Positions 23,301-35,171 of a stretch of DNA of 64,000 nucleotides are shown in pieces. Below the pieces are notes generated by a model. It saw only the letters and a program-made list of their open reading frames with translations. It made no database searches and was not told the DNA's origin. This DNA comes from Klebsormidium nitens. Taxonomy: Eukaryota > Plantae > Klebsormidiophyceae. Numbering within the stretch: the first letter of the stretch is position 1; the number at the start of each line of letters is the position of its first letter. Both the position numbers and the translations under genes were made by a program. Location of the stretch: the NCBI GenBank assembly GCA_000708835.1, contig DF236968.1, positions 186,001 through 250,000 on the forward strand. The letters run 5' to 3'.

Positions 23301-26300
23301 TGAACGGTTTGTTTCATTGTCCGGGGGCTCAATCCGCTCGTATTTCCACCCCCCCAGATCGCCCAGATGTTCCGCGAGGCGCTGCAAACCTCCGACTCCG
23401 CGAGCGGCGAGAGCATCGACCCGACCACGTTCGTCGCGATCGCGCGCAAGCATCGCTTATGGAAGTGGACATTCCAGCCCGACGCGGCCGCGGGAGGCGC
23501 GGCCGCGGCCGCGACCGACGCGAAGTCGCCCGACGAAAACCTGTTCTGCATGCTGGACGAGGCGCTGGCCGGGGGAGATAAGCCGGGCGACCAACTAGAG
23601 CGGCTCAAGCAGAAGACGGGCGACCGGGGGGAGAAGACCCGGGCGGTGGTCGCGGGACTGGAAACGAAGCTGGCGGTTTTCTCTAAGGTAGGAAGGCTGC
23701 GGTTCAAAAGAGGAAGTTTGGTGCTTCCTCTCTCCTTTTTGTGCTATTTCCTTCCTTTTTCGTTGTTAATCTGAAGTTTTGAGAGAGTTGTGGAAATATT
23801 TCTCCGTTAAGCCGCTTGATCAGGGAAACATGGGGATCCCCGAGATGCATGTTACCAAAAGCACGCACACGGAAGTGTTGCCGGGCCCTCTGCTAAATCC
23901 CAGTTGCCAGTCTCAGTCTGAGGGTTAAATCACGTTCTAGGCGACTGTAATGGTGACTTCCAGCTTACGCCGGTCGCCAAGCCTGTCAGAGCGACTTGCT
24001 TATTCGAACACGTTCATTGGAGCCTGCCCTCTTGAGACCTGTTTCCGCCTTCACTTGATCCCGCTTCTTACGTCAGGATCCGCTCACTGTGCCTCTCTAA
24101 TCTTGTTTTTTCCGCTTCTGCTCGCTCTTTCTCTGTGTCTGATTCCGCTCGTTCCGCTTCCGCCCGCAGCTGTACCAGGAACGGAAGGACGCGGAGGCGG
24201 CATGGGCGAGCTACCGGCAGCTGGTGGGCGACCTGCAGCACGCCGTGCGCCGCTTCAACAACCCCTTCAAGGTACTGCCTGGGTCGCCGCCCCGAGCACT
24301 TCTTGGAGATCGATCAGAAGTCTGTGCACAAGCAGACACAGATTGTGAGAGGGCAAACTTACAAAGTCCAGACAACGACAGGGCATGCCTCACGTAATTG
24401 GCTTCCTCACTGGATCCAATCGTAGACATCTACATATCTGGCTCAGCTTGCCTGTTTACTCACTCAATTCCAGTCCGCCCTCTGATTCTCGTCCAAGCCC
24501 CACAGGAAGGAATGGTCGCATAACGTGGTCGTAACCACGCTCCAACCACGCTCGAGCATGGTTACGCTTTCTAATCATGCTCGAGCTTAATGTGGTTAAC
24601 GGCTTACGGTAGACTTTTGCCTTTTCTTTAAGCAGGACTGTTTGCTGCCCAGGGGTAGTGTTTGAGGATAGCGTCCATTAGATCGCTTCACCTCGCATTC
24701 TGAGAATAACCTTGCAGTTTCAGAGCGCTTCTCAGTCCCTCAAGACTGGCATCATCCGATCTGAGTTTCGAGAGGACGGTCGAATCATATACTCCGCCGG
24801 AAAGCTCGGTTCAGCTTGTTTTAACATCAAGACAAACGCCTCGTTTCTAACGGGACCCATGTGACTCATGTTAGCCGAGGCTAGCAAGCCTCAGAAGCAC
24901 GATCACCCTTGAGCTCGAGAAGTTTCTGAAACCTGAAATCCCTCCTCCCCGCAGCACGCCGTTCGCGCGATCCTGAACATCGGGCAATTCATCCGCTCCG
25001 CGAGCCCCTCCCCGGCGGCGTCCCCGGCCGGCGACGGGCCCAAGTCGCCCTTCAACCGGGGGCCCAAAACGGGCGCCAGCCGCTTCCAAGAACAGGTCGG
25101 CTTTCAGGGTTTCAGGAGTTAGGGTTTGAGTATTTCAGGGGTTGGGAGTTTCTTGGTTCTCGATAGAGCGAACGGTAAGGTCAATGAAACAACAAGCCCT
25201 CGAAGTAACCAGAGATCAAAAGCAAAGGTTTACGAGCTCCGCACTTGCACCCACTCTAACCCCGGATTAGACCCACCCGTCCTCCGCACTTTCTTCATCT
25301 TGTGCACTGAGCCTACTTTTCACCGAGCTTATCCTTCACTGCATCGATTATGCTGCTTCATTGCTAGTAGTTGCTCGACAACTAGATTAATAACCTTTTC
25401 TGATGAACTCCAAACTCCGACTTTGCCTCTCTCTGCGCCATGGGCCCAGGTGTCTAAGCGTGTATTGAAGAAGTAACCGTCGGAATGCAGGTCGGGGGAT
25501 CCCCCCGGAGCGGCAGAAGGGGGAGCACGGTGCGCAGCTCGTGGCGCGATTCGCCCGTGGTTAAGAAGACGGTTTCGGCGGTCGGGGGAGACCAACCGGG
25601 CACTCCGGAGAGGGTGGTGCCAAGGCCGGGGAGTGGTCGGGAGGTCGCGCAGTCGGCGTGGCGGCCAGGTAAGAAACCGTGGTCTACTGGAACGCGTATA
25701 TCTACAATCTCGGAAATCCGCGGAAAATCGATAAATTACATTAAAACCCTAGGGTATAGTTGACCTGACCCTAAAATCGTCCCAGGGAGGTGGCGTGAAA
25801 AGAGGGCGACGTGGTTGCGGTAGAGTACTTCTGTGCGAGATTTCCGAAACGGGTCGAGACGAGGGGCAAGCTCTCCTTAGCAGCTCCAGTGAGCATGGTT
25901 TATGGAAGTTGGTGCAATTGAGGGTTGTTTCCTGGGCTTGTGAGCATCTGCCGCGAAAACTCCGTGCGTTTGTAAAGATACTTCGAACAAGCATTCGATC
26001 CCGCCCGTGGGTTCCACCGTCGCCTTGTGGAACGCAATGTTCATTTGCTTCTCACAGCTGTCGCACTCAATTTTCTACTTCCTGGTTCGACTCTCTGCCC
26101 TGTTCAAATCTGGATGCCCAAGCCTGCTGTTCCCTTCGAGACCACTCTTTCCAAAATCACGGCATCATTCCGTTTCAATGCACCCACGAAAATCATCCGA
26201 CGTGATACCTACAGTGCCGGGAAGCGGAACAGTATCAGCTTTATCGGAAGTCGTGCCTCGTACTTCGAAATTGACACGTCAAGACAAATTACGGCGCTCC

Positions 26301-27454
26301 ATTCCCAAGAAGCTGACGTCACTCTGACGCTTCCGTTCTGCCTCCTTGCAGGTGGCGGCCACGCCAAACCCTCCAAACCCTCCAAACCTCTCAGCGCGCT
26401 CGCGCCGCAGAGCGAGCGGCCGCGAAGCCGAAACAACGACCGCCCGCGATCGCCGGACCGGCCCAAGAGCCCCTCTCAGGAGCAGCCACGTGTCATCCCC
26501 TCGCCGAATTTCGTCGCCAAGCTGGCGCCTGAGGAGCCTGCGGTTCCCCTGGCCGCGGTAGGGCGACCAGGGAGCCCTTCTTACAGAGTGGTTCCGTCGC
26601 CGGAAAGCATCGGCGTAATAATCGGGGAAAGACTTAGTTTTGATGGTGAAACGCTGGCAGGACGTTCGGGGCGACAGAGCAGTGCTGGACACAGCAGGCC
26701 GGGGTCGCCCGAAAAGCCCTCCCGGGCGCCGTCTCGGGAAGGCGCAAAGGAAGATATCAGCGTGACGAGCGGAAGAGCCAGTCCGGCGGCGCCTATGAAC
26801 GGAACGGAATTAGGGGTGGCGAGAGAACGGTCTAGACCAAGTACGCCCGAAAGGCTTGGCGGTTTGGGACGGCGGCCGCTGAGCGGCCTTTCTGGGGCGA
26901 AGAAGTTCGAGGTTCCGATCTGGCAGTCGAGCACGCCCGTTGAGCGGAACGAGCGGAACGAGCGGAAGGCACGAAGAACGCAGAGCTCACGGCGCTCGAG
27001 CGACAACGCGCTGCCCGCGGTCGCCGAGAAGGACGACGACGGAAGCGGAAGCCACCGGAACGCAGGGGAATCGACCGCAAGCAGGCTGGAGAGCATTCAG
27101 GCGAGCCTGTACGAGCGGCTGGCGGCGATTCCGGCGTCCGAGGACGGGCGGAACCCGGACGGAACGGACGCTTTCTCGGACCTGACGTCGGCTCCGTCGT
27201 TTGAAGAGGCGCTCAAGGCACTGGAGAGGAGAGTCTCGGACAAAAGTTCCGTGTCGGATGGTCGGCGGTCGTCCGGATCTCGGAGCTCGCGGCGGAGTGC
27301 GTCCGAAAGTCCAAACCGGGCGGGGAGTAGACTCTCGGGTACTGACCGGGGCACTCCGCCGGGCAAAGCGGGGAGCCTTAAGAAGGATCCGGCGGAAAGC
27401 GGAACGGACGCTCGGATGCACAACTCTGTTCGCTTCGTCGACTCGCCAGCTTGA
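14376..27454 (+). CDS. Large axonemal dynein light chain (p28/AXDND1-like) domain, coiled-coil and EF-hand protein (15 exons, ~1458 aa)
   Basis: Exons 14376-14715, 15145-15554, 16114-16482, 16827-17036, 17465-17665, 18202-18505, 18855-19039, 20046-20173, 20913-21104, 21954-22137, 23358-23687, 24170-24271, 24955-25095, 25491-25668, 26352-27454; total 4377 nt, in frame. PVTRREAIALEQTLD...VFREAARQVRAACTEQGRLLDK resembles the p28/DNALI1 core, and DINHDGVMTFDE is a canonical EF-hand loop. Gene model well supported; product name is by recalled similarity. Confidence 0.75.
18979..19490 (+). repeat. Four ~140-bp tandem units, each exon-7 3' end plus donor plus intron start (dynein-domain gene)
   Basis: Unit GAGTTCGT...CCTGCGCACG...GCG|GTGAG, with donor positions at 19040, 19182, 19321 (mutated to AT) and 19460. 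Confidence 0.9.
21060..22010 (+). repeat. Duplicated exon-9 donor and four exon-10 acceptor copies (dynein-domain gene)
   Basis: TTCATCGTCAGCCGCATCGAGCC...AA|GTGAGG ends at 21104 and 21273. ag|GAC(G/C)TACGACGC starts at 21442, 21621, 21778 and 21954. Confidence 0.9.
23080..23420 (+). repeat. Three exon-11 acceptor copies, 134 and 133 bp apart
   Basis: cag|ATCGC(G/C)CA(A/G)ATGTTC...GGCGAGAGCATC starts at 23091, 23225 and 23358. Confidence 0.92.
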
Positions 27455-28816
27455 GAGGCTGGCCCGAAAAGTAAACGGCATATATTTTGTATAGTAAGCG
27501 AAGAATGTTTAGAAGTATAATGCACGCATCTCGTTTGTCAGTTACTGCGCGGCAAGCCGAGTGCACCCCAAGGTCACTTGATGCCAAGCGTCGCCAGCAT
27601 GGAATGATCAATCGTTCTGCAACGTCTTTGAGCCTTCTCGGGCATACCTATGAATGGCGATTGAACGCGTTAAACGAGAATTTGCAATTCAAATCACGCC
27701 AACGGTGCTCTGTCAACATCACGGTTTTGTATGCACGTAGATCTGGAGTTATTTGCTGATCGTCGAGGACCTCCATTCCGGAAATTTCACGGATAAGAAT
27801 ATGGCCGGACCGAGCTTTTGAGGAAGGGCGAAGTCATTCCAATTGCTACAGTAACCCCTCTCGAGGATGCCCGTACTTTTCAGATAACGTCTATATCTTC
27901 CAGTAGCACTGAGGCTTCAAAATATATCCTTAATGCGATACTGCAAGCGCTCTACTAGCTGACTATGCTCGGAGAGTTGACAGGGTTGTGACTTCACAAG
28001 CGTTTGAAAGTCCATGCATGTGACGATTTCAATCCCACTTCTCTTCTTTCGTGTAGCCTACAGGGAATGTACACTGACTCTGATTATCATGCCGCGCCTC
28101 CCATTCTGTCGCTCGATGTGAAAAGCGTTTATTGAGCTGTGCCTTGCTATATGACGACGTCGGGTATGCTTGTGGACCCGAATCTCATTCGCGTCACCTT
28201 CGCGACGTGCGAATCCAAGCAAGCAAAGCTCGTCAGGTTATTCTTTTGATTCTAAGCTCTCGTTGCCAAATTCTTCATGCGTATACCGATCCAGCCTAGT
28301 TAGTGCATGCCAACCGCGTGCAACTGAGTCGTCCGGGGCTGATGAAGAACCTAGCTTGTAATTTTCACAATTGTGTCTCCTGCAAGTGTACAAGATTGCC
28401 CCAACATTGCAAGCCCAAGTTGGTCAAATTTTGCAGAACGCTGCGTACCCGTGATCACAGGTCTTCCCAACGTGGCTGACATCGTTGAGGCTCGAGGTGA
28501 GCACCTCCAATCGAAAGCTCGAACTGATCAGACGTCGGAAACTTGAGAAGCCACCAACCGAAGGATCCGACTAGTCGGACAAACTCGGAATTCAAAGGTG
28601 CGTGCCGCTGCAGCAGCTCGCGCGCTCGCGTACACTTATACCGATGATGCAATTCCGGTCTGATGCAGCTCATTATGCTGTTCCGTTCGATTATCGTCGA
28701 CGTCCGCCGGAACAGCTGCGGCAGCCTGGTCTGCTCTCTAGCCCGCCACTCACCTGTGACCTAGCTTGATAATGCACATTGATCACCAAAGAGCTGAGCG
28801 CTGAAGCCTGAAGAGC

Positions 28817-31800
28817 ATGGCGTCCTCCCTTCTCGTACGTAATGCTCAGGGTGCTTTTTGTAGAGCATCCTGTTCCTTTTCTTCTTTGAAAAATCCTGAC
28901 GAAAGAGTCTCCAGTGATAGTTGTCAGTGGTTAAGCTGGGTTGGCGAAGCAAATGCCGTCCGCAGGGGGCAGGGGGCAAAGGGTCAGAGGAGATGTCCAA
29001 GAAGTTTTGCAGTGGGGCAATTGCATCGTGGTGGAGTTGTAAGCATGCAGAGTGCACAAGCGGAAACGTCAGAAACAGTCGAAGAACCACAGCGTGCCTT
29101 CGATGTCTCCAGCAATTGTGTCACTCCGTCGTTTCGGTCTGCGCCTTGGCAGGGCACCAACAATGAGGCAAGTCGCCAGGCACCAGCATTGAGTGAATCT
29201 CATCTCTGTATTAGTCGAACTGAATTGCACTACCACCAGCTCCCCATGCCCATAGTTGTGCAGGAATTTCTGACTAGACTTGCTTCCGTAATGTAGGATG
29301 AGCCTTTCAAGTTTCCTTTTATTGCCAAGACCAGAACGTCATTGCATATTCAAAGTTAGTGACTATCAAGTGTATCACTTAGCACCACCACCACCCTATT
29401 TGTCTTAAAGGGGCTTGCAGAGTTGTAAATACTCACAATCTGTGGCGAGCAAGGGCAGCATTTAAATCAAGGGCGTGAAAAATGACCTCAAAATGCAAAG
29501 ACCTGCTGCTGTTTGCTCGATTGCCTGCAAAGGCTCTCAATCATGCCTCTCGTTGTGATCTATCCTTAGAACAATGTTGGGCAGTCTCTAGTTCCTAGCC
29601 GCAAAGAATGTTCGTATCAAGATCTGTGTCAATCACCAGATGAATTGCAGCACTATTAAAAGATGCCCCTTACAATCTGCTGCACATCTGTCTAACTCTG
29701 GTTGTGTGTAAAAGAAGAGGACATGGCGTGTCTTCCTAGACGACACAGCTTGATTCCGAAATACATTCTCAGCGCTAACTTCTTGATCAATCTTAACCCC
29801 GGTGGCACTTGTGGATTGCAGAGGGAGACGGACAGCGCTAAGGCGAATATTCTGTTCCTCAGCGAGGGCAATGTTTGCCGGTCCATCTATGCAGAGGCCA
29901 TGTTCAATGGGATGCTAGCAGAACGTGGTCTAGATAACGTAGTCGCTTGTGCTTCGAAGGTAGTATCTCAGATCCTATGCTTCTGTTTCCTTCCTTTTAT
30001 AGGCAGGAGAGTAATTCAAAACCTATGGCAAATGCTTGCAGTGGCAAGTATCGACAGGCTCGTTTTGGCAAAAGAGTTGTCTTTGAGTTGAAGATGAACA
30101 GCTCGATGCCTCCTTCGATAATTTGGGGTTGCTGCTTGCTTGATGTCATGGCCATGGCCTGTAAGCTCACCTTTAAATCTCATGCCACAATAAATTGAGA
30201 TTGTCATGGCACCCTCTTTGAGAGGAAACAGAAGTCGACCATTTTGTACATTGCTATCCCCAACAGATAGGAAGAATAGGAAGTGCTCTGTCCTGTCCTC
30301 AAGGTAGAAGTTGCAGTTACTGGCTGCCTTGCATCTGGTGGGAACAGTCCCTCTGGTAAGCATAGTCACTCCGATAAGAATGGCCCCTCTGCCGCGCGTA
30401 GTCCGTCTACCGTCAAGGATGTTCTTCTGGATCAAGAGCTTGTTCCTTTCTGGTTTTGTGCAGGCAACGAAAGATTACAACGTGGGGGAGCCACCGGACC
30501 CTCGGGCCGTGCAGGTTGCAGAGGAACTGGGGATCAGATTAAGGGAGGGGGCGACCGCACGCCTAATAGGTGCGCCTCATCTGCATTGATGGTGTTGTTG
30601 CTGGTTTGACAGAGCTTGACGGCAGAGAATATTTTGGGCCATAGCCAATTCGGACACCTTGGCTATACCACTTGTATAGCCAAGGGGGTTCCTGGACACA
30701 CCCTTCCAAAACACTCCTTCCGCAGATGCAAAGCATGCAGCATTCCTGCAGTTTACTGAAAGGGGGGCAGCGCAAGGCAGATCGGGATTTGGCGTAAATC
30801 TTTCTTTGCCTCCATTGTTAGGGTCTCATCAAGGGCAAGGGACTTTTTCCGCTGGCCATGAAGAGAATCTTGGTCCAAGCACTTCCTCAAACGACCTGCT
30901 GTTTTGACGATCTCTTCAGTTACGGGCTATCGTTGGACAAAGCCTCTGATTGTCAGTGGCCGTGGCCGTTTGTTGCCGATGCAGAGACGGCAAGGGCCGG
31001 CAATATTTGGGGCGACTGGCACAGACCTACTGAGAATCTCAAAAAGCGAGGCGCAAAAGCGCTCTGTAAGTATCGAACTCTATTGGAGGAGTTTATGATT
31101 TCTAAGTCTCTTGCTTCTGGATTGAAAGGGTGCGGTTTTTGGTGCAGATCATGCGAAGGACATCGTCCAATACGACCTGATCCTGTGCTTCGACAAGGTC
31201 TGTTTTCCTTTACCCCTTTCTCCTTTTCCGCCTCTTGACAGTTGGGAGTTGCTCTGTAAAGGAGCGTTGTTGACACTAAACCCTGGCAACCTCGGCCGTT
31301 GCTTAGCCTCAGAGCAACTTCTTTTGAGTCTTTGAGTCAATGTTCGGGAAGCTTTTCAAAAGTGCTCGTTGAGCTACTTTTTGGAAATCTTTCTTTGAAC
31401 CACCCAATCGTGGGATTGAAATGAGTATGTACGTCTTTGCAGTTCAACGCCGCTGACGTTCTCAAGGAGATCTCCGTCTACGACACCATCGACTCCACGG
31501 GCCGTTACTCCGTACGCGTAAGGCGCCTGGGGGAGTTTGCCAGAAGTCGAGCAGTGAGCGCCCCACTATTCCGCTTCGTTAGCGTCAACTGACGACGACA
31601 CTCCCTGCGTTTCAAAGGTCTCTTCTTATTGTACTCTTTCCCTTTTTATTGATTCAACTGCGACATACTTGATCAAAGCCCACCGGAAGAATGTTTCTGA
31701 TTCGAAAGAGCTACGTTAAGGCAAGCCTCGGCCGCTGAGAGGAATATGAGCCTTAATCGGATCTGACATGCTTCGCAGTATCCACCTCAAAACCCTACAG

Positions 31801-32895
31801 TCGACGAACCCCAGCCATTTCCTGGGACAGGTCTCACCAACGTAGCCGTTCAATATCACTCCTCGAAGCAACTGCTGCGAGTGGATAAGGAATGTCTTGC
31901 TCCTCTTGATGCAGCCAGGTTAGGGAAGATGAAAAAAGCCAGCATTCGCACTAGCAACATCGGGAGACGAAAATTTCGTTAGACTAGAGTACTTCGTAAG
32001 TCTAGAGCATCTTCATTGGAATACCGACGTAGAATGACGTCAGCTATCTCAACTTTGCCTGTTGCCTGCAGATCGAGGAGGTGGACGATCCTCTTTACGG
32101 AAACATGGGTGGAGCTGACGAGTTCGTAAGTTATTGTGACCTTCAGACACCCATTCGCTCCTCTTCAGTCCGGCCTACATGGAAATCAGCGGTTCGTTGC
32201 CATGATAGGTCCCCCCAGAAATTCATGCAAGCAGCGTCTGCGTTCCGCGTCTCGTCAACTTACCGGTTTCTTTGCTCTCGTCTTCGTGGAGAAGCACGGA
32301 AATACGGTTTTGACACTACCATTTTTGGCGCTGGCTCAAGCTGCCGACGAGCACAAGCAAGAGCTCGCACTTGACAGGAAACGGCTTCCTGACGCGACGC
32401 AGGAAAACCTCCGGCAGTGCGCGCGGGACGTTTGGGACTGTTGCGAGGGGCTTGCCGACAAGCTGCAGGAGATGTACCAGGAGTTGCCAGGTAAGACTCC
32501 TCAGACATCTTGTCGGTTTGACCAGATAGGATTAGGTGAGAGCGACTTTTTGCAATTCAGGCCGTGCTTCACGACCTTCTTTTTCTCTTTCGCCGGGCAC
32601 TTCAGCTCGTTGTGCATTCTCTTCCCGGTATTGCCAATCTGCTTTTCTAAACGACCCGCGCTTGGTGATTGAGGACAATGCTCGACTATCCAAAATGTAG
32701 TTGTCCGGGTGTCCGAGCGCGTTTGGAGCATAAAAGACGAAGATTCAAAAGAAGAGTGCAAACGCAACCCGCGTACTTTTTGCAGAAGGTGAAAGTCTGC
32801 AAGGAGCCATCGCTCAGTCGCTTGCAGGAATGGAGACGTTTGACTGGTTGGTGCCACCTATGCTCCAAAAGCGAGAGAAAGCGTCTTCTATTTGA
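28817..32895 (+). CDS. Low-molecular-weight protein tyrosine phosphatase-like protein, probably plastid-targeted, catalytic Cys replaced by Ser (8 exons, ~335 aa)
   Basis: Exons 28817-29167 (GC donor), 29822-29959, 30464-30569, 31148-31197, 31443-31553, 32072-32125, 32403-32490, 32786-32895. P-loop ILFLSEGNVCRS, YDLILCFD, acid loop VDDPLYG. Confidence 0.85.
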
Positions 32896-33654
32896 TGCAA
32901 GAGCTTTCAACTATTAGGACCAACGGTCCTTCACGTTGCAGCCAGTTCGAAGCTTTGAGCGATAAGCGGAAGTCTTTGATAACTTGATATGGAACAACTG
33001 AAGAATAAGACACGAGTTGCCAGCCGTCAAGCGGAGTATCCTCTGGCTCTTAACCACCGCTAGCCGGGAGACTCCGGATTATCCTCCTCTTAAATCTGAG
33101 CAGGTATTACTGTCGAGACAAGCATGTCGTAGTTTTATGGCTTAACTGACCTTTTTGGCAACGAGCGACGGAAATGTCAGACCTGACCATCTTGGCGTGC
33201 AATTCCGTGTGTAGTATTGGTAATAGCGCACCATGCCATGTAGAGCTAGTCTGCAAGGCACATCACTTTGGGGGGGGGGTCTGACGCCCGAGGCCTGTGC
33301 AAGATACATCCGAAACCATCCGATGGCTAACGAACTACACAGCATGATAGTCGTACTGATCGCTGGAGTCTGTGTCTAGAAGCGTTCTTGTATTTGTTAT
33401 ATACCGGGGTCTTATCGATATGCGTATACCGAATCCATGAATTAAGTACCATGTTAAGCACCATGCGCGTGCGTTATGCACAATCCTGCTCAAGCCCTTT
33501 ATGTTTTCAAAGGAGGAGATCAGCGCATGCCATGGGTTCTGATCGATCAAGCGCACGATAGAGCGGCTCTCATGTCTGCAGCGGCTTCAAGTTTCGGAGC
33601 GCGCTTCTCATAGAAGACAGGCTTCGCGCAATTCGACGATCGTAATCTCGTGCT

Positions 33655-33959
33655 CTACTGGGGATTGCGTCAAACCTGATACCGGTGAACACCATGCCCG
33701 TCGCACATGCACTATCGCGCAATATCCCTTGAATATACCCCAGTTGATAACCCATCGTATAGGAAGGATTTGAGGCCTCGGTTTCACGCCTAGTTACCGC
33801 CCGACTTTCTACCACAGGTTTGCCTCTCTGCCTGTCGAAAGCCTTGAAAGGGTTTTGCGATTTGCAGATAAGTTTACGGTTTATAAGCAGGGACTCTGTG
33901 GGAGATAGTGGGGGACAGACAGCGTCCACCGGTATCAGATCTGACGCAATTCTCAGTAG
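33655..33959. mobile_element. MITE-like element with ~36-bp imperfect terminal inverted repeats
   Basis: Left arm CTACTGGGGATTGCGTCAAACCTGATACCGGTGAAC (33655-33690). Reverse complement of the right arm is CTACTGAGAATTGCGTCAGATCTGATACCGGTGGAC (33924-33959). TA flanks both ends if the element starts CTG and ends CAG. Confidence 0.45.
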
Positions 33960-34487
33960 GTTTACTATGTTAGATTGCGTTGGGTTTGGACACGCAGAAC
34001 GATCAGAATCATGTTATCTCGCAGATCGACTGTCGGGTCTCTCTGCACGGCCCACTGGCAGCCAGCCTGGCATGTCGAGGGTCGTAGTCCGCGGCGCCCA
34101 CATAGCTGCCCGTCATAGTTTGCCGTACACTCCACACTTGGTAGAACATCTAGTGTGAGTGGACATACATTGAGAACCGAACACATTGACCGCACAACAT
34201 CCCCACAACATCATTGCCAATAGGAACTGAAAGCTGCAAGATCTGACCAGTGGTCTTGCTGGCTGGATTGCTGTGCCTTGTCGCCAGAGGAAGTCATGCT
34301 ATCATTGCATGGTTCCATGGTCGGTGAAGCCGGCAGTAAGTAGTTCGAGCAACCTAAGATTGGTCCTTTACCCACGCTCCTCGACTTGACCTTCTCTCTC
34401 CGGCTGGTATGAAAGTCAACCAAAGGGCCACACTGAGTACCCTCTCGCCCTTCCCCCCATCTCACAATCCCACGTGGCAGAAACAAC

Positions 34488-34760
34488 TAGAATAGCCAGA
34501 GTTTCTTCTTGACCTCGGCCTTTTTCAGAAACTTTGGGCACAGAAGGCCCTTCCGGGCTGCTCGAGCCCAAAGAGGGGGGACCCCGCTCGGCCACACCCC
34601 TGGGAGTACTTCCCTGACCGCGCTACGCCAAGTACGGACATGACACGAAATGACTACACATCAGTATAATTCTAAGTTCGAGCGAAGATAACTTGGTGTC
34701 AAGCCTAAGACAGGCTGGCAAAGGCGAGGAAGGAGACCATGCTCGGCTGTGCCCCCGCTG
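34488..34760 (-). pseudogene. Dead displaced copy of the FtsZ terminal exon plus upstream intron
   Basis: Aligns to ~38396-38660 (gtttcttcttgacc(t/c)cggcctttttcagaaact...ctgctcgagccca(a/g)agagggggg...cccctgggagtac). The acceptor is lost, the third codon is TAG, and the terminal TAG is retained. Confidence 0.85.
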
Positions 34761-35171
34761 TGTCCCTTGGTGTTTTTGATCGCGCTGCCCAACGAACTAC
34801 GGCTTATGACTGCGGCTTATACAGTAATCGACTTACGATACCACGACTTGGAGTTGTGATGGCGCTGCCTGCGCTTCCTCGCAGCGCTTTCTTCCTTCCG
34901 GTTTGTTTCGCCGGACACGGAGCCCGCCGGAACGATGGGCAGAAGAGCTTAAAACCCTCGAAACCCCGCGCGTCTCTCTGATGCGCATGTAGCCATACGC
35001 TGCCGCGGTCGCAAAGTCGATCTAGCTGGCCAGGTCGGATGCGCCGACCGCGCGCCAGGACTAAAAGCCTCACTTTCAACCTGAATGAGTTTGTTCAACT
35101 CCATTTCATTTCAAGTGGTGACCGTTTCCGTTTCCTGAGGCGGAGGGAGGCTTTGCAGCGTGTTCCTCGCC

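Noticed and set aside
26027-26351. 5' part of the 475-aa ORF as an independent gene start
   Set aside because: It lies within intron 14; a phase-compatible acceptor at 26351 joins the downstream part to the large gene.
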